DNA of 64,000 bases from Puccinia triticina (lineage: Eukaryota): positions 5,580,001 through 5,644,000 of the forward strand of contig CP110439.1 of assembly GCA_026914245.1 (NCBI GenBank), written 5' to 3'. Position 1 is the stretch's first letter. Each line of letters opens with the position of its first letter. The notes under the pieces were generated by a model. It worked only from the letters and a program-made list of their open reading frames with translations, did not search any database and had not been told where the DNA came from. Below, piece by piece: positions 49,990 to 60,600 of this stretch. A program made the position numbers and the translations under genes.

Positions 49990-50357
49990 TTTTACTCTAT
50001 CTCATATGCATATTTAGTGATAATGTCAACCTCTTCTGCAGTCATTGTTAGTTGTACCCTATGTTGTCTAGTTATATACCGCTTACTACCTCACATGTAC
50101 GGTTCTCTAGCCATTCAACATTGTTCCAACTCTAACTCAGTGTTATCGTTGCTCACCCTCCAACTCACCTATTTAGGTCTGTTTTCTTTCTTTTTCTCAT
50201 CTGAACGTTTTCTTGTTCCCACGCTCTGCTCATCTTCTCAGGTTTGTCTTGTGCTCTGGTTGTCACCTGTCATAAACCAAAATGGAAGTTGTGTACTATG
50301 GGATTTGAAATCATGTCCTCAAAATTCATGAGTGATGATTTTTACCAACTAAGCTAA

Positions 50358-51697
50358 GGCCCTGGTTGGCACCAATGTAAATATAGGTGACATAATCACT
50401 GATTAATTCAATAAAAAAATACAAAATTCAACATAAAGCCTCCAATTTTCTTCTGTACACTGTGAAATAACTCAAGAAACTGCTGCCAGTTGACATGCAA
50501 TATTAAAGAGGTGCAATCCCATAGTACACAACTTCCATTTTGGTTTATGGAAAACCAGGGCACAAGACAAGCCTGAGAAGATGAGCAGAGGATGAGAACA
50601 AGAAAACAGTCAGATGAGAAAAATATGAAAAATGGACCTAAAGAGGTGAGTCGTAGGGTGAGCAATGATAACAGTGATTTAGAGTTGGATCAATGTTGAA
50701 TGGTTAGAGAACCATGAATGTGAGGTAGTAAGCGGTATATAACTAGACAGCTAACAATTAATGCGGAAGAGGTTGACATATCACTAAATATGCAAATGAG
50801 ATAAAATAAAACTAGTATTCAGAACTACAACCCCCTAATAAAAATGATTCTAGTTGCGCCATGGCAGTTTGCTGCCTTTGTTCTTTGGATGTTAGGGATT
50901 TTGATCTTAACCAGATTTTGCGCAACTCAAGCGCAACACAACCAGCTTGAGGGGTAGTTAGAGTACCACTCTGCATGAGGGATTTGTAAATAGGAATCTG
51001 AGTGGGATTGAATTTCTTGTTTGTTTTTTCCTGTTGTGAAAAATGGAGTTCAGCCCAACCTAGGAGAGGTGGATGATCTTGAGTGTCCTTGAATACCAAA
51101 TTGTAAAACCCTTCAAGAAGATCTTGGTGTTCTTCATCTGGAATAATTCCCTGTACTTGTACCTCTATGATAATATGAGGAAATTGCTGCACATAATCTA
51201 AGTAATTTCCAATCATAGTTATTCTGTATACCACGGGGTTCAACATACTTCAGCTTAACTTTTTGTGGCCAACGGTATTAGCAGCTTGATGCAGGCTTTG
51301 TGGTTTGCCTCCATGTCATTTCTTGGTAATGTGTGGCAGGAATATGCAGATTACATAGCAATTTTATTCCCTTTGTAACATTGCAATGCATGTCAACTGG
51401 CAGAAGTTTCTTGAGTTTTTTTTTTTTTTACAGCGGCAGGCAACTTACAGTACTGGTCTCCTCAACTTTGAAATCAGATTCACCTGATTCAGAAATCCTC
51501 AGCAGTGAGCACCATAGTAGTATTATATTGCTTTAGACCAATACAAGTTCAATCTGATTTCAAATTTGAAGAGACCAGTTGTAGTACTGTAGGTTTCCTG
51601 CCAAAAAAAATGGAAGCTTTATGTTTAATTTGGTATTTTTTTATTGAATTAAACAGTCATCATATCACCTAAATTTTCATTGGTGCCAAACAGGGCC
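50358..51697. mobile_element. PIF/Harbinger (Tourist-like) element carrying a captured antisense gene fragment (Pack-type)
   Basis: TAA|GGCCCTGGTTGG...CCAAACAGGGCC|TAA with ~140-bp inverted arms. The interior (50515-51371) is an inverted copy of 49429-50305. Confidence 0.88.
51435..51602. mobile_element. MITE inserted in the right arm of the Pack element
   Basis: TIRs ggcaggcaacttacagtac / gtactgtaggtttcctgcc; inner arms tttgaaatcagatt / aatctgatttcaaa. Confidence 0.8.
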
Positions 51698-53479
51698 TAA
51701 GTGCGCTGTTGCTTTTTAGGGTGCTCAATTACGGTTACCAAATTTTGTGTTTTTGACATATATCATGGGATGAACTCTAATTAAATGTTTTTACATTGCT
51801 TGTTGTGTTACCAGGGTCAAACTCAGGTATCTTTGGGTGACAGGCTGCATAAGAGCAGAATTGAGTATAACATCACCACTGTCTGAAGCTTGTGTCTAAA
51901 AGCTTGCACCCTCATCAGAGGTGTGCTTTGGAATCAAACCATTCAACATTTTTCCAACTCTAACTAACCATTATTTTTGATCACCCTCTGACTCACCTAT
52001 TTAGGTCTTTCTTGCGCTCTTGTTGTCCCCGCTGTCTGAAGCTTGTGTCTGAATCTAATAACTTGCACCCTCATCAAAGATTATCAGTCTCATAATTTTT
52101 AATGGATAAAAATTAAACTATGTAATCCAAAGATAAAATATGCAGTATGCTTTCCAATCAACTTCATTTTACTTATACACTACAACAATGCTTCATCAGA
52201 GAAAAATTTGATCCTTTGAGTGCATCTAACGCACCAAACAGAGCAGTGAATGGCCAAGTCCCATCAACTTGCTCAGGGGAGGTAGGAAGTTTATTCATTT
52301 TGGGCTGCACATTTTAAAACTTTTAGAGTTTGTAAAAGGAGAGGTGTGGGGGAAAATTTGAATCTGAAATTGCACAATGGTGAATCCATAGAATTTATCT
52401 ATGCAAAAAGAAAAAAATGGGTTGCTGAGATTTCCAGCTTGTGTGAGATAGAGCACGATAGCAGGATATTCTCAATGTTATGTGCTTGTCAAATAAGTCC
52501 ATGGCCAAAGTTGCAAAAAAAGCACAAATCCAATAAAATATTGCTGTACTCTGTGAGACCTTTAAGGCTTTTTTGGCAATGATATAAACATAGGTGATAT
52601 AATCACCAATTAATTCAATAAAAGCAAACTGTTCAAGATATAGCATCCAAAAAGTTTTGTGGGTAAAATATGCTACTGGTCTCTTCAATAGATGACTTGC
52701 CATGGGATAAAAATCCAGATCTAGAGGGTAAGGTTAAGCCATACTGGCTGGTGAAAAATTGACCAAGATCAAGTTTTCACCAGCAAGCAAGGTTTAGTTC
52801 CTCCCGCTAAACCCAGCCATCTAGGCAACAGGAAGTCATCAAATACTGTCATCAGATTCAACTTATTTAGTCATCTTCATCACCATAATATCAATATATC
52901 ACCTGGGTAATCAACGGCCATGCTGACACTTGTTTATGCCAAGCTTGGTCATTCATCCCAATCACCCCACCTCAACTGCTTTCACCTGTAATTACCACTT
53001 TGTTCCAAAACCACCATGAAACCCTCCAGCACCAAAACCATACATTCGGCCTTCAACCCACCCCATTTACTGGCCCCCTCCTTGCCAAACCATCTTTTCA
53101 ACAATTTTTGTTTTCCTCACCTCAACTTGTTACTCTTTGTTTTTGTCTTGCAGGATTTTAGGATGTCTTCAGCCAATGTTTACTTGAGGCTTTCTCCCTG
53201 TACTTGATGCCCAAGAATTTTGCCCCAGTGTGTCTTTCCTGTCAATTGGATCCTTTTTCCTTGGTCTTAGAGGATGATGATGATGATCTTGAGCTTGCCA
53301 AACTTCTGGATGTTCTCTTAAAAGGCAACAAGGTATTCCCCAAAATTTTTGCTCAAGCCAAGTGTTCTCCTTGCACAAAACCTTTCTCTGCTAAGCTCTT
53401 TTCCCCATCTTTCTGTACTCCCTTCCTTATCTAGCAGAAAAACCACCCCACTTACTGATGGTGACGTGTCCATTCTATT

Positions 53480-53682
53480 AGGGGGGTTCACAATAGGATT
53501 TTAATAAAATTTTAAAGCTCATTTTAAGGCCTTTATGAACAATGTTTTGGAAATTTTTTAAGCTGTTCACATTTGGGTGCTCCTTGGCAATCAGAACAAA
53601 TTCTACGTTTTCTAAAAATTGGTTCACAAATTCCTTAAAACGGGCTCTAAAGTTTTATTAAAATCCTATTGTGAACCCCCCT
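53480..53682. mobile_element. 203-bp MITE, AGGGGGGTTCACAATAGGATTTT TIRs, ATT target duplication
   Basis: About 30-bp near-perfect TIRs; ATT on both sides; the paralogous empty site is at ~47598-47611. Confidence 0.92.
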
Positions 53683-55174
53683 ATTAACTCAAAGTGAATT
53701 CCTACCAATAAAAGTAAAAGTGTTTAGATCTGTTTTCTCCTCTTATATCTGTGATCCTGACAGACTTCATATATTTCACATTTCTTTTTTTTCACATTTA
53801 ATTTTACTTCCTCATCACTATATTTCTTCTTCCCTATTCTCTTTTCCATTTTTCCATTTCCATTTCCATTTCTTTTTTTCTGTGGGATTTTTGCCCTTGA
53901 TCTCACAGATTTGCTTCTGATAGACCGACCAACAAGCAGGTTGATGCTTGGGATTGTCTCATCATGAAAAGGGAACTTGGCCTGTTGTTGAAGGGGACTC
54001 ATTGCTAGCGGAAAGCCTGCATGTTTTACCCGTTGAGCAGGATTCCTTCCTGATGCGCCTAATCATGGAAGAAATTGCCTCGCCTGCTGCTAGCCAGCAG
54101 AGAAAGTGCCGTCTCTGCTCGTCACCGATGTTCTCTCCCCAGTGATCTGAAATGGAGCCTGCTTTTTGGAAGGTTTCCTTCCAAGAAACTAGCACTGTTC
54201 ATCGTGAGGGTAACATCATCGGTGATGCCCACCACTACAAGCAGGCGCTGTGTCTGCTTCTGGTACAAAGGCTTAATCCCCAACCGCAAGACGCTGGGTT
54301 TTTCCCTGAGGCTGTGGGTGCGTTTCCTGACAAATCAGAATATTTGTTTTCCGGGGGTTGTAGAGGTGTTCTTTTGATCCGACAGCATAAATCTTTGCTG
54401 CTTGTTGGAGAGGTTTCCTATCCCCCGCTCCTAGAAGACAGTTTACCTGCTAGCTAGAGAGGCTTCATCCCCTGCGAGCAAACACTATGATTACCTATCG
54501 GACAGGTTTTCATCCTAGCCAACAGGTCATCTGTCTGATTGACGCCACGGGCATATTTCATCCTCAGCTGTGATCAGGCACTACACGTACATACTTGCAT
54601 AAATGTGCAGGGATTTCCCTCGAGTCAGCCAGTGGGCACATTGATTACTTGTCGGACTCGTGGTGTATGTCCTTGATGAGATTCGTGGAGGATTCTTCGA
54701 ACAGCCTTTGTCTCTGCTTGTATCGGTAGTGCGGGTTAGATAGAAAATGCCTTTTCTGTAATATTAGGTGCATGTTTTTTAAGTAATGCTCATCCTTCCA
54801 TGAGGCTGGCGGTTGTAATCCAATTAATAAAGCGTGCCCAAAATCCGTGATGACCATTATGATGATATAGAGAAAAGACAACAACAACAAGAAACAGAAG
54901 ATAACAAATGTATACTGATTTGACGACAAGATTTTGTTTGCTTTATTTGGAATATTGCTGGATGAGAGATTTTCATGATAGGAGGAGAGAGAATACACGG
55001 AGCATGCGACATTTTACATTTTGTGCAGATCAATCAAAACCCAACAAAACACAAAAACCATAGGTGGTGATGGATGACCAATCTGAAACTGTGCGAATAT
55101 TGTCATAAAGCAGAAGAGAATTCTCGTCAAAGTGTCGATGTCGCCATATCAGCTGAGATGAATGCTTTTGAGGT

Positions 55175-56829
55175 TTATGGATTTGGTAGCATCTGGAAAT
55201 AGTTAGATGGTACGATTCCAGATTCGCCATTAGCTCGTCTTGCTTGCCACCATTTACCTGAACGAACCGAGCAAGAAGTCAGCTATTCCTTTACGATGCT
55301 TAAACTGAAGTAACGTAGTTGCGTACCACTGTGATTCAAGATATCCAATGTTTCACCTTTTTCAAAGCCGATCTCATTGGGATCGGTAGGCGAGGCTTTG
55401 TCTGCAGAAGGACGATGGATCAGTTGAGGGAGAGCAGCAGAAAAGTCTGAGCGTATTTCCAACACGACATTTCGTGATGCTCACATGTATACAACGCTTT
55501 TGCCTTTTTGGTGAACTCGACTGGCTTGGAGGGGGCGGGCGATGATGGGGTCACGCTCTCGGTGTTTGTGACACTTCTGAGCTCCTCTTGCCGGTAAGCT
55601 TGACTCAAAAGTGTTCTATCAAGGACAGGCATTGCCAGAAAGTTCGTTTCCGGAGAGTCGGCAGGATTGGGGTAATGTTGGAGGTTCATCTGATGGGTAT
55701 TTAAGGGCGGGTCCGCGCGGCTCGATTGATAGTTAGAGTGTTGCTGCTGTCCAGGTTGGTTATTGCTTTGTTCATGCAGCCGAGAATAAAAGTTTGGGTC
55801 CTGGAGTTGCAAGTTTGGATGATTATACTGCGATACAGGTTGCATTTGAGGCGCTATGTTGGCATTATTAGTCGCTGGGTTTTCATGTTGATGGTTTGGT
55901 AATATCCTGTGAGAATCATGATCACCGTAGCCTTCTGGTAAATATGGTTGATTGGTGGGTAACAGTGCAGAAGTTACTTCGTTTGCAAGCTTTTCGTTGT
56001 GTAAACTAGGACGCGACTCCGCCGTTTGATTTTGCCCCAACGTGATGATATGAGATCCGGTATAATGGTTTGGAGATTCAGATGCGATGTTAGGCAAATT
56101 GGGATTGAAGTGGGAAGTAGAGCGGCGGAGATTGATACTGGAACGGATGAGTTGCTTTCGCTGGAAGCTCGGATTCAGAAACGACAAAAGCCGTGATTGA
56201 TCCGATGATGTGAAATAAAGTAGCCATGCTAGCTGACATTATCAAAAATTTAGCAAAATCGCAGCTGTAAGCAACTGTCACAAGTGTGTTTTCCAATCTT
56301 GTGATGATGTGTTATAAAAGAAGCTAGAGACAGACTCACGTTGAGGCTGGATAAGATCATCCATCCGTATCCATACAATGATGATGCGATTTCATGATGG
56401 ACATAGATGGCTGAATTGCTGCACAGAATTCCTACCACGACATTAACAGCGACCAATGTTGCGATTGACCCCCGAGCTGGGTACTCGGACTCAGAACCCA
56501 CACTACTGAGGACTCGGTAAACGATAAAAAGCTGGTAAAATATTGCAAACCAACCGATCCCAATGGGCGTACCTGTCGGCTTTGCACCGTCCGAACCACG
56601 CGATGAGTGATACCGTGCTTCAGCTAGGCACTGGGCAATGAATGTGAGAGACCATGTGAGGACCTGCGAGATTGCGGTTACCAAGAAGAACGGTTGACCA
56701 AGACTTCAGGAGGTTTTGGACGACAGTCCGTTGGCTTCAGCGCGATAATCTTGGAGACAAACCGAGTAGGGAGATGACACACATCAAAGACAGCCGAAAG
56801 GCATGAGGGTCTGCAAGGCCTCCAGACAT
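55175..56829 (-). CDS. SHO1: Sho1 high-osmolarity/surface sensor (4 TM plus SH3)
   Basis: [15 protein letters not shown] and YGWMILS TM segments. C-terminal SH3 [29 protein letters not shown]...[21 protein letters not shown]. Confidence 0.9.
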
Positions 56830-57604
56830 GGTCGTAACAAAGCGGTTTGGCGAAGTAAGGACGCAGCCTTGATCGATTCGATGACGAGCCTGATAGGGGG
56901 ATCCACTAGTTTCTGAGCCAATCGAGGTAAAAGCTTGGTTGGACTAGGACCTGGCGCGGATGGACCCTCGGGAGCTGCGACAGAGAATTTGACATCATAT
57001 CAGAAAAACGTCAGCTCGATATTATTGACCTGGTTTCCATAAGAGATGGGATACAGAAGTCTTGGATTTACAAACTCGCCAGCGAACTCAAGAAGACAGC
57101 AGGTGGACTCTGGTGCACTTCAAAGGGTGGCGATGTTGAACTGAACGAGTTGAAAAACGTAGGTTCACCCCGGCGAAGGGAGTCGTTTCAGGTATCTGAG
57201 GCGGATCGTTCAAGTGCAGATATGCCGGTATTCAAAATATGGTAGAGTCGGAAGAGTCAAGAGGTGTGGATGTTGAAGGTGATTCCCTCTGAACCCCGCA
57301 TTAAAAGTATGTAACATCGATCGGCGACAGGGCAAACGCGTCTCGACACTTCGCGAGCAAGACGCGCGCGTCGGATGTCAAACAGTGTTCGGGAGTCCGG
57401 GGACACTCTGACTTGCGCCGAAAACAGTCATTCTGACCAGGGACTAACGCATGTCACTTCAAACATTGTTTGATATTCCGCGGGGAATATCTGGTAGGGG
57501 TGACGGAATATCCGGTAAATACTCGGAGTATCCGGTCGGATTATTCTATCTTGGTCCCCTCTCAAAGGCAACCGCAAGAGACCATCTCGTGATCCTGACA
57601 AACA

Positions 57605-60600
57605 TTGAACAGGTCAAAAGGAACATCAACAGCAGTAGCAGCAGCCGAACTCATCGATGCCCTCGTCAACAAGATCATGGCCAAGCTATCCAACCAGGCC
57701 AACCCCATCTCAGCCCACTCAAGACAGACGTACTCATCCGCCAGTCATGCAGCGCACTATTCGAGATGTGCTGCCAGCGACTGCCCTGCGTCATCCAAAA
57801 ACTACTCCAGAAACTAGCCTCACCCTCCCACGTGAGCTGCACTAACTATACCTGGCTGACTCACTCACTGACTCCCTTCCGTCAACAGCCCTTCACCTCC
57901 GACGAACAGACCGGACTCGTCAACCATCTGCGCACACAGCTCTTCGTCATCAAGATCCTCCGCTACTGCATGTCATACCACTGGGCCTGGCACCGCGAGC
58001 AGGTCGCCCTCGCCAGCCACGACCCACCCCCCCACGCCCCACCACCCCAGCCAGGCCCCCAAACCATCGCTCACAGACTGGGTTGACCCCCCCCCCCCCC
58101 CCCCAGCTCAACGACAACCTTGCCAAGCAGCTCGTCGCCACCATTAGTTTCTTCCTCAAGGAGCACCAGCGCTTCGAAGACGCCAGCGCCGCCCTCGGAC
58201 CCATCGGCAGCACCTGCCAGTCATCCGCCAACTACGAAGCACACCGGAAAGCCACCCTCGGAAACCCACAGCAACAACAACAACAGCAGCAGCAACAACA
58301 AAACTCAATATTCGGTGGTGGCGGCGGCGGCGGAAGAGAGCCCGACGAGAAGCCGATCTTGCCCTCGCTCATGGGCGACATCCTCACCCAGGTCTCCAAG
58401 ATCCGCTTCTTCGTCTCCGCATCCAACTGGACCATCGTCCTCGGCAAGATCAAGAACTGGATCGCCTACTGGTCCGGCCCCGAAGAGTTCCCGGACCGCT
58501 CAGAGACCCGGCTGCTCGAGTTCTGCTCGCTCAACCGCCACCGGCTCAGCTCGATCGTCCGCGAGCTCTCCGCCCAGTTTGTCCACCTCAAGCGCGCCGC
58601 CCAGTCCGACATCGCCCTGGCCCTCAGACGCTCGATCTGGAACTGGATCGAGACCTATCCGAACGAGTATGCCAGCCTGGTCCGCTCCAACGGCCGGCTC
58701 GAGGGCGCCCCAGACGTGCTCTTCGACGTCGCCCACGGCCTGTCCGAGAACGGCAAGAAGCGCGCATACACCTGGCCGACGATGCCCATGCTGCTCGCCG
58801 TCTGCCCCGACATTGTCCTCAGATCACCGTCGGCGACCGCAACCGCTCCCAAGTCACCGCCCGCAAGGCCGCGTTCATCGAGAGTCTGCGCAAACATCTC
58901 AAGGCGGTCAAGATGACCGACGTGGCCACGGCATGCTGTGTGGACCTCTGCAAGGCGGCCACCTTCTCGCCCAAGATGACCGCCGAGGGCCCCGGCCTGC
59001 GGCTGCTGGCCTTGGACCTCGTTGGCGACCTCAACTCGCGCCTGCTCGACCCCTCCAAGCCGTTCACCAACTCCGAGGGCGTCGTCGAGATCCCGCTCAT
59101 GTCCGAGGCCCTCGCCGCGCTCTGCAAGCTCGACCGCCACTTCGTCGACACCACGCTGCTCGAGAAGTGTCTGTCCCGGACGAGCTTCGTGCCCTTCCAG
59201 ATCGCCTTCATCCAGGCCTGCCACAAACTGGCCAGCGACCCCGAGATCCCGCCCCGCTCCTCCTCCTCCTCCCGCTCCTCGTCCCCCTCCTCCTCCTCCC
59301 CACACCCCCACCCAGAGGATCGGTCGTCGGAGGACGAGGACGACATGGCGAACTGGAACGTCAAGCTCAAAGAGCTCTACCCCGCCATCGCCTCCTCCCT
59401 GAGACACGTGTTCATGAGCGCGGTGCTCGAGACCAACCAGTTCCACATCCTCATGCGCTCCAACTCCAAGCTCATCACCGGAGGCGACGAGAGTGGTCAG
59501 AAGACGGAGCTGGTCCGGGCGCTGCTCAACCTGTGGACCCAGGACACGACGCTGGCCTTCTTCGTGCCCCCCTCGGCCCGCCACCCCCACCCCCACCACC
59601 ACCACCAACAACAGCAACACACGGGCCGCTCTGCGCACGAGCTCAACTCGCGGCTCGCCTCGGGCCACGACATCGACCCGGAAGACCTGGAGATGTTTGT
59701 GTATCTGACGACGCTGCTGCTGAACAACCGCAACCCGCGCCCGGTGCGCCAAGCGGCGATGACCGTCCTGCGGGCCTACCACCAGCCCTCCTCCTTGCCC
59801 AGACCGGGGGCCGGCGAGCAGCCGGGCCGCGGGCTCCCGGGGGTCGAGCTGCTCCCGCTCGGGCTCAGACAGGCCCGCGCAATCGTCGGGATCGCCGTGC
59901 TCAAGGCGCTCCTCGAGACCTGGGTCTTCCGCGAGGAAGAGCGCGAGGTGCTGCAGCTGCTCAAGGCGTATCTGGACCGGTTCAAGGAGGCGGTGGAGTG
60001 GAGCGAGCGGGGCCACAGCGTACGTTTGATGTCCCCTCTGCCCTTGCCGAAAGGAAGCTGCTGATCCGCGGGGCCGAGACAGCCGGGGTTCCCGTTCGCC
60101 AGCGAGTCCCACGCCCACGACTGGCTCGTCTTCGGCCACCTCCTCCGCCTCGCCGTCCCGCTCGGCCTCTGCACCGTCGACCAATACAACCTGGCCCACC
60201 TCCTGCGCTGCTCCAAGGAGCTCATCAGCGTCTTCGAGAAGCACCCCCCCCGTCCTGCGTCTCTGCGGCCTCGACGCGAGTCTGTCGGCCGCCCAGCTTT
60301 CGGCGACCTTGCAGGGCCTGCCGGACAACGGCAAGGGGCTCGGCGGTCAGCCCTCCTCCCCCTCCTCCCGAAAACCAACGCTGTGCTGACGTGTGTGTAC
60401 GGTTCTTTGTGTGTGCAGGTCGCGTGGCCCAGGCTAAGCGGGCCAAGCTCGTCATGCGCACCATCGCCTCCAACTCGCCCATCATCGATCCCCTCTGGGA
60501 CGAGGCCCTCCGCCGCTGGAAGCTCCTCTCCTCCCTCGTCGGCCATCGCCCCTTCGAGGACTCCTCCGGCGACCCCGGCATGTACGACTGTGCCCCGGCC

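Noticed and set aside
52566..52950. Second copy of the Harbinger element arm (TAA|GGCTTTTTTGGC...)
   Set aside because: Left-arm similarity is visible, but no convincing right terminus or TSD, so it is not called as a complete element.
53476..53686. 5-bp TATTA or TA target duplication for the GGGGGG MITE
   Set aside because: A 3-bp ANT duplication with A/T-terminated TIRs explains this copy, the 46779 copy and the empty site more consistently.
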